Source: Fibrobacterales bacterium (GTDB taxonomy: Bacteria > Fibrobacterota > Fibrobacteria > Fibrobacterales > JAOPTW01). Taken from it: a stretch of 36,148 nucleotides of DNA. The notes under the pieces were generated by a model that saw only the letters and a list, made by a program, of their open reading frames with translations, was not told the DNA's origin and ran no database searches. The stretch lies in NCBI GenBank assembly GCA_051532055.1, contig JAOPTX010000044.1:98947-135094 (forward strand), in the 5' to 3' direction. The stretch's first letter is position 1, and the number at the start of each line of letters is the position of its first letter. This document shows positions 26,276 through 36,148 of this stretch, one piece after another. The position numbers and the translations under genes were made by a program.

Positions 26276-26866
26276 ATGAAAAATACAATTTGGACGCTCT
26301 TATTCTTTATTGGTATTGCTGTAGCGGATACTGCAATTGTCCCAGTAACTGATTCGGTACAATCGTCAGCCCCAACAGAAGCAACGAGCGTTATTGATCA
26401 TGTTATTAACAATAATATTCCCTTTGCTGGTGTTGCTCTAAGCCAAACTTATGCGCAAGAAGTATTAACTACATGGGAATCTGTAGGCATACCGTTACCC
26501 GCTAAAAAACTCTTTATGAGTAAAGAGATTGAGATTACAAATGCGACAGAGATCTATGGTCGAATACTCCTTAAGTGTGGTACTATTCACCCATTTGAAA
26601 AACTACAGACTCTTTCAATTGATTCTGTTAAAGGAAAGTGCTTTGAAGTGTCGGGTAAATTGTTTCAGCAATTTGAAGATAAAGCAGGGATCTATCACAG
26701 CAATGACTTCTACTTTTACCTCTCAACAAATTCAGCGCCTCCCGAGGCAGTAAGTGGTTGGGTGTATGCAGACTCTGTATTTAGTTATAGGACAGCTATG
26801 GGTGAAGAAAAATCGTTGATTCATCTTAAAGAACATCTGCTTTTTATTGAACGTGGCTTATTTTAA
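26276..26866 (+). CDS. Hypothetical exported protein, possible C-terminal OB-fold
   Basis: Signal peptide ending AVA; GKCFEVSGKLFQ...FSYRTAMGEEKSL resembles extracytoplasmic OB-fold segments (weak). Confidence 0.6.
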   Translation: MKNTIWTLLFFIGIAVADTAIVPVTDSVQSSAPTEATSVIDHVINNNIPFAGVALSQTYAQEVLTTWESVGIPLPAKKLFMSKEIEITNATEIYGRILLKCGTIHPFEKLQTLSIDSVKGKCFEVSGKLFQQFEDKAGIYHSNDFYFYLSTNSAPPEAVSGWVYADSVFSYRTAMGEEKSLIHLKEHLLFIERGLF

Positions 26867-26900
26867 TTCGCACTGAAAAGCATTCTTTTCAAAGATTAAT

Positions 26901-27929
26901 ATGAAATTTTTAGTTGTTGTATTTTTTGTTTCCTCATTATACGCACAATCAGTAGATGAGCGAGACCCTTCTCCCCGTTTTGGTTCTACGTATGCTACGT
27001 TGTTTACTAACCCCCTTGTGTCCTACGGATACTGGGAGAGTAATCTTGATATAGGCCTTATCCTGAGTACAGAATTTTCAGGAACGCCTTTATTCAGAGG
27101 ACAGGGCTCTATTAAGGGACTCATGGAGACAAGATTTGCTTGGTTTGGAGGAGAACTTGAATATCATTCATATTTAAAAGGTACATTACCTGGGGCGATA
27201 AAAAAAACTGCGAAACATAATCCAACAGGTGCAGTTGTTGGGGCATTCGTAGTGGCAATTCCTTTTTTAAAGATATCTCTAACCTATGATGATAGAGTGT
27301 TACCGGAGTATTATTGGTTTCAAGATAATAAAAAACAGTATTGGCACTACAGAGATTTAGAGCAGCTGAAGGAATGGTGTGGGTATGGTTATGAAACGAT
27401 GCGTTCAGAGGGATGTAATTATGATGAACGAGGCATATTTACCTATGATGATCAACAGGAATTAAATTCAGAATTGAATTATAACTTAAGTTTCTATGAA
27501 CATGAAATGAATAGATCAGAAGAAGTAAATTGGCTTTTAGAAGAGGCGATTATTGAACATGAAAATCATATTGAAGACTCGTTTGTTAATTATTATGGAT
27601 CGGCTATTTCCCCTTTTGGGATTAAGGTAGCAAGTAAATTTGGTCCACTTTTTTTTGAGTTTATCTTTTCTGGTCGGTATACATCTGCCATATATCATTT
27701 TTTTGTAGAGAATCAATTTGAGTATGTGCTACTTGAAGGCGGTGTTTATTTGTATCGACATGAAGGTATTACTCAATCAACTATTCATGTAGGAATTGGA
27801 GGGCCATTCATTGCTATAGGAGCAAAAGGTCAAAAGTCCTTACTTGTATCACCAATAAAAATTGAATTCTCAAAATCTGATTCAGGCTTTTACCTTGGGT
27901 ACACCGGTATTTTGCGGTTTGGCTTGTAA
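26901..27929 (+). CDS. Hypothetical exported protein, possible outer-membrane beta-barrel
   Basis: Short signal peptide ending LYA; aromatic-rich amphipathic strands; C-terminus FYLGYTGILRFGL. Confidence 0.55.
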   Translation: MKFLVVVFFVSSLYAQSVDERDPSPRFGSTYATLFTNPLVSYGYWESNLDIGLILSTEFSGTPLFRGQGSIKGLMETRFAWFGGELEYHSYLKGTLPGAIKKTAKHNPTGAVVGAFVVAIPFLKISLTYDDRVLPEYYWFQDNKKQYWHYRDLEQLKEWCGYGYETMRSEGCNYDERGIFTYDDQQELNSELNYNLSFYEHEMNRSEEVNWLLEEAIIEHENHIEDSFVNYYGSAISPFGIKVASKFGPLFFEFIFSGRYTSAIYHFFVENQFEYVLLEGGVYLYRHEGITQSTIHVGIGGPFIAIGAKGQKSLLVSPIKIEFSKSDSGFYLGYTGILRFGL

Positions 27930-28011
27930 AAAAAGATTGCATTTTTCCTCAATTAAGCGTTAGGTTGTAAGGATTTACTGAGTAAGGCGACAAATGTTAA
28001 AAGGTGGAACT

Positions 28012-28896
28012 ATGCGATTATTACTGATACTACTCCTCTCAATGCAAACTTTTCTTATGGCACAAGGTTTGGTTATGAGAAATCACGGTGCTCATCCCTT
28101 TCTTGTTGAGAGCCCAGAGGGACTTCTTTCGGCTACTCATTACAGTGCAGAGGCAAGTAGAGGATTTGGGTCTACTGGTCAAGAGCACTATTGGAATATT
28201 AAATTCAATGCCCTTATTGAATTTTATAATTGGGGTTCGGTAAAGCTGGGCTTGATAGGTTCAAATGAACTTACTGCGAATCCTTATAGCGATATTTCAT
28301 TTAATCCTCGGAGTTCCAATTGGAATGAACGGATTATTGTCTATGTGGACCATGGTGCTATCACTAGTGAATGGGGGATAACCCATCAGTGTAAGCATGA
28401 TATTGACAATCATGGTACAGCACAGAGAGGTGACGGCACAGGATTTGTTGGTGGCAATAGGGTGATTGTACTTACCAGTGTTCATGGTGGTGCGTCAACG
28501 CGCAATACTTTTTTGAGTGGTAGGATAACCGTGGATTCTGATGTTCGATTTAATCACTATATTCTGGCAGTAGATGAAATTGTGGGTGATACTATTCAAT
28601 CACTTGATTGGAGCACAATACGCCAATCCTTGCATTTGGGGGTAAGGGCGGGATATGCCATAGGGGGAGATAATCTAATATATCTGAATAGTTGGGTAAA
28701 TCCGATACGTATGGGTGGTGGTTCTGATATGCAGGTGCCTTATCATGTAGAGTCTGGGTTAAGCTTGGCAGGTCATTCGGCGTACTTAGATATTTATTAT
28801 GCTTATGAACATTATTTTGATGATGTTATAAACCCCTGGAGCCAATCATCAGATGTCTATTCATTAGGTTTGAGAATTCGGAGTAGTGTTTTTTAA
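28012..28896 (+). CDS. Hypothetical outer-membrane beta-barrel-like protein
   Basis: Signal peptide from ATG 28012 (AGGTGG upstream); alternating strands; ends YSLGLRIRSSVF with terminal Phe. Confidence 0.6.
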   Translation: MRLLLILLLSMQTFLMAQGLVMRNHGAHPFLVESPEGLLSATHYSAEASRGFGSTGQEHYWNIKFNALIEFYNWGSVKLGLIGSNELTANPYSDISFNPRSSNWNERIIVYVDHGAITSEWGITHQCKHDIDNHGTAQRGDGTGFVGGNRVIVLTSVHGGASTRNTFLSGRITVDSDVRFNHYILAVDEIVGDTIQSLDWSTIRQSLHLGVRAGYAIGGDNLIYLNSWVNPIRMGGGSDMQVPYHVESGLSLAGHSAYLDIYYAYEHYFDDVINPWSQSSDVYSLGLRIRSSVF

Positions 28897-30653
28897 ATAA
28901 TACTACTCTGAATGTTTTGATTGATTGTGTTTTTCCCCTCAGCTTTTGCCCTATAGAGTCCTTCATCGGCTGTTTTTATAAGTTGAGGTATTGTTTTGTT
29001 TCGTAGGTCCCTAAATGTGGCTAGGCCGACGCTAACCGTAACAAAATCAATCTGAGAATCTGTGTGATGTCCATGAGAGATGCGTAAGTTACTAATGCCA
29101 TCCAAGATAGAAAGTGCAACAGTAGCACCGTACTCTTCATCTGCATCTGAGAGAATTACGGCGAACTCTTCACCCCCATATCGCGCCATAATATCACCGG
29201 GTCTCTGTGCTACCTTGAGTTCGAGTAAGAAGAGACCTACTTTTTGAAGACATTCATCACCAGCAAGATGCCCGTAGTTGTCATTAAAGGGTTTGAAGTC
29301 ATCAATATCAAATATTACAAGGGTAATTGGTTTGTTGTATCGATGGCAACGCCCCCATTCTTTTTGTAGGTGACTATCAAAGGAGCGTCTATTTGATAGT
29401 CCGGTAAGGCTATCAGTTACAGAGAGGGCTTCAAGTTCTCTATTGAGTATTTGTAATTCATTCTGAGCTTGAAGTAATTCTTTTGTACGTAACTGTACTC
29501 GATCTTCAAGTTCATCATGGGCGCGTTTTAGCGCTTGCTGGCTTTTGTGTTTAATCTTGTTAATGAGAAGAAAAAATACAACAGCAAGTGCTACAATAAT
29601 TGTAAGTACTATTTGTAAAATAATAAGAGTTTGACTAAAAGTGCCAAAGGCTTCATCCTTATCAATTTCAGTGACGAGTCCAACACCAAGGTCATTATCC
29701 CAAAGCCATACACCACATACTTCAACTCCTCGATAATCGCGGTAACCTTTCATATCAAAGCCACTCTCTTTTTGAGTGAGTGATTGCGCCATTCTGGTGA
29801 GGGGCCATTGCTCTTTTTCAGAGTCTGTGTAATTATGGGTTAAAAGGTTTTTGCCAGGGTCACGAACAATAACATTGAGGATACTTTTATCTCGAGGTTT
29901 AATTAGTCGTATTTGTTGCAGTTGATCATCAAATCTACTGTTGCTGACAAGTCTGCCCTCTGAGTCTATGGCATATGTTTCGCCACTTTTACTATACCGG
30001 CCTAGTTGAATTATTCTTGTAAAGTTTTGGGTTGGATCAATGCGTAATGTGAGAACGGCAAGAATCTCCCCGGAGTCCATTATGATTGGTGCCGCAATAA
30101 ACATTGTTGGGTCGTTACGGCCCATAAGTTTATTGAGTGGGTTAAGAGGAACATCTGATTGAATGGTAGGGATAAATCGGGTGATTCCTGCAAATGTTTC
30201 GTCAAGATACTCTTTCCTATGGGCGTCAATAAGGTTTTGAGTACCAATATTGTTGTTGCGCATAGATGCGAGGCTTTTTCGATCTACACCTATGATAAAA
30301 AAACCATTATATCCGTTTTTTTTAATAAAGGGTGTCATGAGTTCACGGAGGAGCTTTTGCGTTGGGCTTGAAACTAGGTCTTGGCCTTGTTTGTGCTCTT
30401 CGATAAGGCTTCGAGTTAAAAGGAGTAGTTCTGGTTTTTGGGTGAAGTTGGAAATTTCTGCCTGAGCATATGTGCCCCACATGTCGAGTCCAGAGAGAGT
30501 TGTATGCAGTACTGTTTTGAGTGATTCGTATAGTTTTTTTTCCTCTTGCTCTTTGATTGCCCCTAGGGCAAGGAGAGAAACTAAAGATATTACCAATATA
30601 AAGAGAGCTGTGATCAGCTGTGTAATATGCTTTTTAATCCACTGGATAATCAT
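28893..30653 (-). CDS. Membrane sensor diguanylate cyclase (Cache-like periplasmic domain + GGDEF)
   Basis: Two TM helices around a periplasmic region (GETYAID, YRDYRG.EV); coiled coil; DSLTGLSNRR, DIDDFKPFNDNYGH, I-site RPGD, GGEEF. Confidence 0.93.
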   Translation of the reverse strand: MIIQWIKKHITQLITALFILVISLVSLLALGAIKEQEEKKLYESLKTVLHTTLSGLDMWGTYAQAEISNFTQKPELLLLTRSLIEEHKQGQDLVSSPTQKLLRELMTPFIKKNGYNGFFIIGVDRKSLASMRNNNIGTQNLIDAHRKEYLDETFAGITRFIPTIQSDVPLNPLNKLMGRNDPTMFIAAPIIMDSGEILAVLTLRIDPTQNFTRIIQLGRYSKSGETYAIDSEGRLVSNSRFDDQLQQIRLIKPRDKSILNVIVRDPGKNLLTHNYTDSEKEQWPLTRMAQSLTQKESGFDMKGYRDYRGVEVCGVWLWDNDLGVGLVTEIDKDEAFGTFSQTLIILQIVLTIIVALAVVFFLLINKIKHKSQQALKRAHDELEDRVQLRTKELLQAQNELQILNRELEALSVTDSLTGLSNRRSFDSHLQKEWGRCHRYNKPITLVIFDIDDFKPFNDNYGHLAGDECLQKVGLFLLELKVAQRPGDIMARYGGEEFAVILSDADEEYGATVALSILDGISNLRISHGHHTDSQIDFVTVSVGLATFRDLRNKTIPQLIKTADEGLYRAKAEGKNTINQNIQSSII

Positions 30654-31118
30654 TATCGTTTTTCTCTATTAATGTTAATAGGACCAAATATGATTTCATT
30701 CTTATAGTGTAATACTATTGTAAGCGGAGTGCTATGTATTTATGCTGAGGATAACTACAAAAAGAGGGGATAAGAGTGGATAATTGGCGTGACATGAGGA
30801 GAACCCTCAACGTTAAGTGAGTAACATAAGGTTTTTTTTGAGGACCGCAAACGCTACATTTGTAACGCATTCAAAATTTACTCCTGTGATTACATGACGT
30901 TGAGATGCCTCTTAAGTTATAATGAATTCAAAATTGTATGGTTTAATAATTTGAAATAGTTGGGTATTTGTCTGTTTTATGCTATAAAATAGGCAAATTG
31001 TATTCCCAGTTTGTAATTATTAATTACCAAGATGTACTGAATGCCCCCCCTATCCTGTTACAAAAAAGGGATAAAAATGTATATTGCATTGTTGTTCTTT
31101 TAACTGGTTTTCTTGATT

Positions 31119-34100
31119 ATGGCCTTACAATATGTACTCGGCACCGACATTGGATCCACGACCTGTAAACTCATTGTAGTTGAGCGGGAGACTAAAAAAA
31201 TTGTCTGGCAAAAATATGAGCGGCATCATACTAAGCAAGCCGAAAAATTGTTGTCTCTACTAAAAGAGGCAGAAGCAGAAATACCGGCAATAGCTGATCA
31301 AGAGACAAAAATATTTATTACAGGTTCTGGAGCAACACCACTAATCCCTCATCTTGGAGCAAAATTTGTTCAAGAAGTGAATGCGGTAGCGATGTCTGTT
31401 GAAGAACTTCATCCAGACGCACACAGTGTGGTAGAGCTTGGTGGACAAGATGCCAAAGTTATTGTGTTCAAGGAGAACCCTGAGACTGGACAAAAGACTG
31501 CGATCACCAATATGAATGAAAAATGTGCATCGGGGACTGGGGCGACTATTGATAAGTGTTTTATCAAAGTGGGTGCGAAAGAAGGTGAAGCACAGAAGCT
31601 TCAATTTGACCCATCTAAATTACATCATGTTGCAGCAAAGTGTGGTGTTTTTGCCGAAACTGATATTGTGAATTTGGTAAAATCAGGGGTACCTGCTCCT
31701 GAGATACTTAATTCTCTCGCTGATGCAATTGTAAATCAAAATCTTTCAGTCTTAACGAAAGGGAATACTCTCCTTCCTGAAGTGATACTATTGGGCGGTC
31801 CAAATACGTACCTGCCTTTTCTTCAGCAGTGCTGGCGTTATAGAATTCCTGAAATTTGGGAAGAGCGTGGTATTTCATATGATAAAGAGCGTCCTATAGA
31901 AGAGTTGATTGTCGTTCCTGAAAATTCAGAATTTTATGCAGCATTTGGCGCAGTCCTTTATGGTCTAAAACTCACAGGGGAAGAGGGTGTTTATAAAGGC
32001 GTAGGTGGTCTTGAAGTATTTACAAAAGGTGGCAGAAAAGAGCACCTTAAAGATAAAGTTTCTAAAGCCCTGGTTAAAGATCAGGATGAACTCAACGCCT
32101 TTAAAACAAAGTATGGTATACCAAAATTTATATCAGCGACCTTTGAAAAAGGTGAAGTAGTTGAAGGCTATATTGGCCTTGATGGAGGCTCGACCTCTTC
32201 AAAATGTGTTCTTCTGGATCGCGACAGAAATATCCTTAAAAAGGAATATGTACTTTCAAAGGGTAATCCAATTAAAGATACCAAAGAAATGTTGGCAAAT
32301 TTAAAGGCCTATGTCGAAAGTTTTGGTGCGACCTTAAAAATTCTTGGTTTTGGTGCGACTGGATATGCGGCACCAGTTCTTGAAAAATCAGTCCAAGCAG
32401 ATGTTAATATTATTGAAACAATTGCTCATATGAAAAGTGCTGTAAGTTACTTTGGTGATGTTGATGTAATCTGTGATATCGGTGGACAAGATATTAAAGT
32501 ACTCTTTTTAAAAAATGGTGAGCTTCGCAACTTTAGACTTTCTAATCAGTGTAGTGCTGGTAATGGCATGCTTCTACAGGCTATGGCTGATCAATTTAAT
32601 GTACCTATCACAGAGTTTGCAGAAACTGCATTTAATGCGGACTTTGCACCACTCTTTAATTATGGGTGTGCAGTGTTTTTAGATTCAGATAGAGTAAACT
32701 TTCAAAAAGAGGGCTTCTCTAAAGAAGAGCTCATGGCTGGACTTGCTCAAGTGCTCCCTAAGAATATATGGCAGTATGTGGTGCAAATTCCTCGGCTTGC
32801 AGAACTTGGTACTCGGTACGTCCTCCAGGGAGGAACACAGTATAACCAAGCGGCAGTAAAAGCACAAGTAGATTATATTATGGAGCGTGTTCCAGGTGGT
32901 GAAGTCTTTGTGCACCCTCATTGTGGAGAGGCTGGGGCAATTGGTGCTGCTTTTGAAACAATTGACGTTGTGGAGAGTCGCGGATATTCTACCTTTATAG
33001 GTCTCGAAGATACCATTAATCTTGAATATACGACTAAAAATGATGAAAGTACTAAATGTAATTTTTGTGCTAACAACTGCTCACGGACCTATATTGATAC
33101 AAAATCTCCTTCGGGAGTTTCAGCTCGCTATATCTCAGGATTTTCATGCGATAAGGGTACTGTTGAAGATACTGCGGCCCTTAAAAAAATGCAACAAGAG
33201 CTACGCGCTGTGTTATCAGATAACCCCAATATGGTAACTACTGAAGCGAAGAAATGTTTCAAACACTTTTATGAAGCATTAGAACTTCCTCCAGAAGGAG
33301 AGTCAACACGCGACACTAAAGAAGTTAAAAGTTGGATTGGGGTTACAAAGAGAAAAGAATATAGTCGTGGGTTTCAGCGTTCATCTATTGAAGCGATGGA
33401 GCGAAGAGCACAGCTCAGAATTGGTATGCCTAAAGCGCTCAATATGTGGGTGACGGGTCCATTTTTCAGAACCTTCTTTGAAACTCTTGGTGTCCCAGAA
33501 AAAAATGTTGTCTTCAGTGATGACACGACAGAAAAAATGTCGAAAGAGGGAATGAAATATGGGTCTATTGACCCCTGTTATCCTGCAAAGGTTGCACAGG
33601 CGCATATCCATAATTTGATCTTTAAAAAGCACGCTCGTAAACCACTTGATTACATTTATTTCCCATGTATAACTCGAATCCCGAGTTATCTCAATAAAAT
33701 AATGGGTCAAACAGCGTGCCCCGTAGTGCAAGGTACGCCCAAAGTAATGCGCGTATCCTTTACTAAAGAGACTGATTATTTTGCAAAGAATAATGTTGAG
33801 TACATTGATGATCCTGTAAGCTTTACTGAACCAAACTATCTTAAAAAACAATTGTTTGAAACATGGAGTGAAATCCTTCAAATTACAAAAGATGAACTAG
33901 ACTTTGCTGTTGATGAAGGGTTTAAAGCATGGAAAGAGTATGAAGCTGACCTAGAAGAGCAAGGTAAAGAGATTATTGAAACAGTAGAACGCGAGAACAG
34001 AATTGCGATTCTTGTGCTGGGAAGGCCGTATCATAGTGATCCAGGAATTTCTCATCAAATTACAGAAGAGTTTCAGGCACTTGGTTTTCCAGTACTTTCT

Positions 34101-34529
34101 ATGCGCTCTATACCAAAAGATCCGGAATGGCTCTTTAAATATTTTGAAGCTGACCTTGCTAAAGAAGGTGTGGATTCACCATTAGAAATTAATGATGTAT
34201 GGCCAGAAAACTTTAGCACTAACTCTGCACAAAAAGTGTGGGGTGCGAAATTTGCTGCTCGTCATCCAAATATCGCAATTCTTGACCTCTCTAACTTTAA
34301 GTGTGGTCATGACGCTCCGACCTATGGCATTATCGATGGGATAATAAACACATCCCAGGTTCCATTCTCGGCATTACACGATCTTGATCAAACAAAACCT
34401 GCTGGATCGATGAAAATTAGAATTAAAACCTATGCCTACAATCTCGAAAAGAGAATGCTAGCAATGCGCAATGACAAAGAGGCGACAGAACCTTTGGTAC
34501 TCGAGTCAGTTATTGCAGATACCCTGTAA
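31119..34529 (+). CDS. 2-hydroxyacyl-CoA dehydratase activator-type protein (2x BadF/BadG/BcrA/BcrD ATPase + DUF2229-like region)
   Basis: GTDIGSTTCK and GLDGGSTSSK; ELGGQDAK and DIGGQDIK; Fe-S Cys in CASGTG/CGVF and CSAGNG/CAVF; CNFCANNC; CYPAK; GRPYH; FKCGHD. Start set at ATG 31119. Confidence 0.92.
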   Translation: MALQYVLGTDIGSTTCKLIVVERETKKIVWQKYERHHTKQAEKLLSLLKEAEAEIPAIADQETKIFITGSGATPLIPHLGAKFVQEVNAVAMSVEELHPDAHSVVELGGQDAKVIVFKENPETGQKTAITNMNEKCASGTGATIDKCFIKVGAKEGEAQKLQFDPSKLHHVAAKCGVFAETDIVNLVKSGVPAPEILNSLADAIVNQNLSVLTKGNTLLPEVILLGGPNTYLPFLQQCWRYRIPEIWEERGISYDKERPIEELIVVPENSEFYAAFGAVLYGLKLTGEEGVYKGVGGLEVFTKGGRKEHLKDKVSKALVKDQDELNAFKTKYGIPKFISATFEKGEVVEGYIGLDGGSTSSKCVLLDRDRNILKKEYVLSKGNPIKDTKEMLANLKAYVESFGATLKILGFGATGYAAPVLEKSVQADVNIIETIAHMKSAVSYFGDVDVICDIGGQDIKVLFLKNGELRNFRLSNQCSAGNGMLLQAMADQFNVPITEFAETAFNADFAPLFNYGCAVFLDSDRVNFQKEGFSKEELMAGLAQVLPKNIWQYVVQIPRLAELGTRYVLQGGTQYNQAAVKAQVDYIMERVPGGEVFVHPHCGEAGAIGAAFETIDVVESRGYSTFIGLEDTINLEYTTKNDESTKCNFCANNCSRTYIDTKSPSGVSARYISGFSCDKGTVEDTAALKKMQQELRAVLSDNPNMVTTEAKKCFKHFYEALELPPEGESTRDTKEVKSWIGVTKRKEYSRGFQRSSIEAMERRAQLRIGMPKALNMWVTGPFFRTFFETLGVPEKNVVFSDDTTEKMSKEGMKYGSIDPCYPAKVAQAHIHNLIFKKHARKPLDYIYFPCITRIPSYLNKIMGQTACPVVQGTPKVMRVSFTKETDYFAKNNVEYIDDPVSFTEPNYLKKQLFETWSEILQITKDELDFAVDEGFKAWKEYEADLEEQGKEIIETVERENRIAILVLGRPYHSDPGISHQITEEFQALGFPVLSMRSIPKDPEWLFKYFEADLAKEGVDSPLEINDVWPENFSTNSAQKVWGAKFAARHPNIAILDLSNFKCGHDAPTYGIIDGIINTSQVPFSALHDLDQTKPAGSMKIRIKTYAYNLEKRMLAMRNDKEATEPLVLESVIADTL

Positions 34530-34540
34530 GGAGAATATTC

Positions 34541-36115
34541 ATGACAGCTGTTTTAAATAATATTCGAGAACAATGGAGTGACAATCATACCCAAGCGTTT
34601 ACTCTCGAAGAACGGGCACATGTAACCGTTCTCTCTACTGGGTTACCTGAAAACACTATCAAACTGCTGAGGGCAGCATTGAAGCCTGTAGGTATTCGCT
34701 TTCGTCCTCTCGAAACTCCTGGGAACAAAGCCCTTGAGTTTGGTAAGGAGTTTGGGAATCGAGGACAATGCAATCCAACCTACTTTACAGTGGGGAGTTT
34801 GATACAACAATTGGTCTATCTCAGAGATGAGAAAAAGATTCCAATTGAAGATATTAAGAAAAACTATGTCTTTATGACTGCAGGTGGGTGTGGTCCTTGT
34901 CGAATGGGTATGTATGCAACTGAATATCGCAAAGCACTGAGAGATAGTGGTTTTGAAGGGTTTAGAGTTATTCTTCTTACTCGTTCAGGAGAAGTGAGTT
35001 CTGAGCAGTCTTCTGGCCTTGATATGAGTAAACGCGAGCTTATCCGCATTTTTACCTCTATTCTTTTTGCTGATGTTATTAATGTGATGCATAAACGTCT
35101 TCGTACATATGAAGTTGATAAAGGAAGTGCCGATAGAGCTGCTGATCGTTGTCGTAATGTGATACAGAAGGCGTTGCAGACTAAAAAATCTCTACTTGTT
35201 GCAGCATGGAAGTGTCGTAAAATATTGAAAAAAGTTAAGACTGACAAACTCCAAGTACGTCCTAAAGTTCTCATTCAGGGAGAGTTTTGGGCAAAGACAA
35301 CTGAAGGCGATGGGAACTATGACTTGTATCGCTTTTTAGAGAATGAGGGTGGTGAACCTGTAATTGAGACAATAACTGACTGGTTGCTCCATCAAATGTG
35401 GCGTGCCCGATGGGAAGCTGATCGTCGTCTTGATATGTCATTTCAAGACTCTGGAGATGGTGGTCTTGATGGGGTCAATATTAGGTCACTTAAAAGAAAA
35501 CTATGGATTGGTGATCGTATAATGCGTGGGATCTTTTATTCATTAGGATATATTTCGGGGTTAAGAAGATTCCATCTGACTGATCACGATGCACTTGGTG
35601 AAGTAGCACACGAATATATTGATAATCATCTCGATGGTGGCGAAGACAATATGGAGATTGGGCATCACATAAATACTTTTGAGCATAACCATGCAAATAT
35701 GGTGCTCAGTGTAAAACCGTTTACCTGCTTAAGTTCAAATGGGGTGAGTGATGGAATTCAGCCTATCATCTCTGAGAAATATCCTAATAGTATTTTTGTT
35801 TCGGTTGAGACAAATGGAGATGCTCCCGCTAATTTTTACAGCCGTGTTCAAATGCAGCTTTTTAAAGCAAAGCAGGCAGCTCAAAACGAAGTTGATCGTG
35901 CTCTTGAAATGACAGGCCTTACAATGGAAAAAGCATACGAAATGCTTAAAAGGGACAAAAAGCTTAATAGTCCTCTTTACGTGAGTCCTCATGCTTTTGC
36001 CTGCCCAGCAGCAAACTTGATCTTAGAACTTGGTGGCATACCGGGTAAACGTGAGATCCATGTTATGCCGGTAAAAAAAATGGCTGATCCTAAAGTTACA
36101 GCATCAGTAGCTTAG
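34541..36115 (+). CDS. 2-hydroxyacyl-CoA dehydratase-like partner subunit
   Basis: NRGQCNPTYFTVG, GGCGPCRMGMY, GEFWA and SVKPFTC motifs; AAGGAG SD overlapping the upstream stop. Confidence 0.85.
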   Translation: MTAVLNNIREQWSDNHTQAFTLEERAHVTVLSTGLPENTIKLLRAALKPVGIRFRPLETPGNKALEFGKEFGNRGQCNPTYFTVGSLIQQLVYLRDEKKIPIEDIKKNYVFMTAGGCGPCRMGMYATEYRKALRDSGFEGFRVILLTRSGEVSSEQSSGLDMSKRELIRIFTSILFADVINVMHKRLRTYEVDKGSADRAADRCRNVIQKALQTKKSLLVAAWKCRKILKKVKTDKLQVRPKVLIQGEFWAKTTEGDGNYDLYRFLENEGGEPVIETITDWLLHQMWRARWEADRRLDMSFQDSGDGGLDGVNIRSLKRKLWIGDRIMRGIFYSLGYISGLRRFHLTDHDALGEVAHEYIDNHLDGGEDNMEIGHHINTFEHNHANMVLSVKPFTCLSSNGVSDGIQPIISEKYPNSIFVSVETNGDAPANFYSRVQMQLFKAKQAAQNEVDRALEMTGLTMEKAYEMLKRDKKLNSPLYVSPHAFACPAANLILELGGIPGKREIHVMPVKKMADPKVTASVA

Positions 36116-36148
36116 AGAACATTTGAAAAATAAAAAGGGTCCGGATTA

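Noticed and set aside
28893..28896. Convergent genes sharing overlapping TTAA stops
   Set aside because: Real but common in compact AT-rich genomes; no functional inference supportable.
30968..31168. 66-aa ORF upstream of the activator gene
   Set aside because: TTG start, no SD or motif, overlaps the real gene out of frame.

Overview
AT-rich bacterial chromosomal segment (GC roughly high-30s %, judged by eye) from a diderm organism. Ser-rich lipoprotein linkers and a long S16 would fit Fibrobacterota or another FCB-group lineage, but this is inference only. Contents from left to right: (1) a minus-strand extracytoplasmic redox operon: DUF2271 lipoprotein, triheme c-type cytochrome lipoprotein, DUF4266, DUF3570 barrel and TlpA thioredoxin, with three putative FMN-attachment [S/T]GA[S/T] motifs; (2) an ABM/LsrG-like gene with an Fe-ADH, PhnA and a lipoprotein; (3) a terminator-bounded two-gene locus of giant secreted proteins, an Ig-repeat adhesin ending in a fibre-base-like module and an M4 metalloprotease with an unusual C-terminal tail; (4) ffh-rpsP-rimM-trmD-rplS followed by two cNMP-binding proteins; (5) a GH2-like lipoprotein with an apparent 64-aa insertion, a ferritin-like gene and DUF2147; (6) smc plus three uncharacterised envelope proteins; (7) a Cache-GGDEF diguanylate cyclase; (8) a 2-hydroxyacyl-CoA dehydratase activator-type two-gene operon. 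No RNA genes, CRISPR arrays or mobile elements were recognised. Family names come from motif recognition, not database searches. The best novelty candidates are the adhesin/protease pair (a possible undescribed surface-anchoring module) and the cytochrome-containing flavinylation operon.
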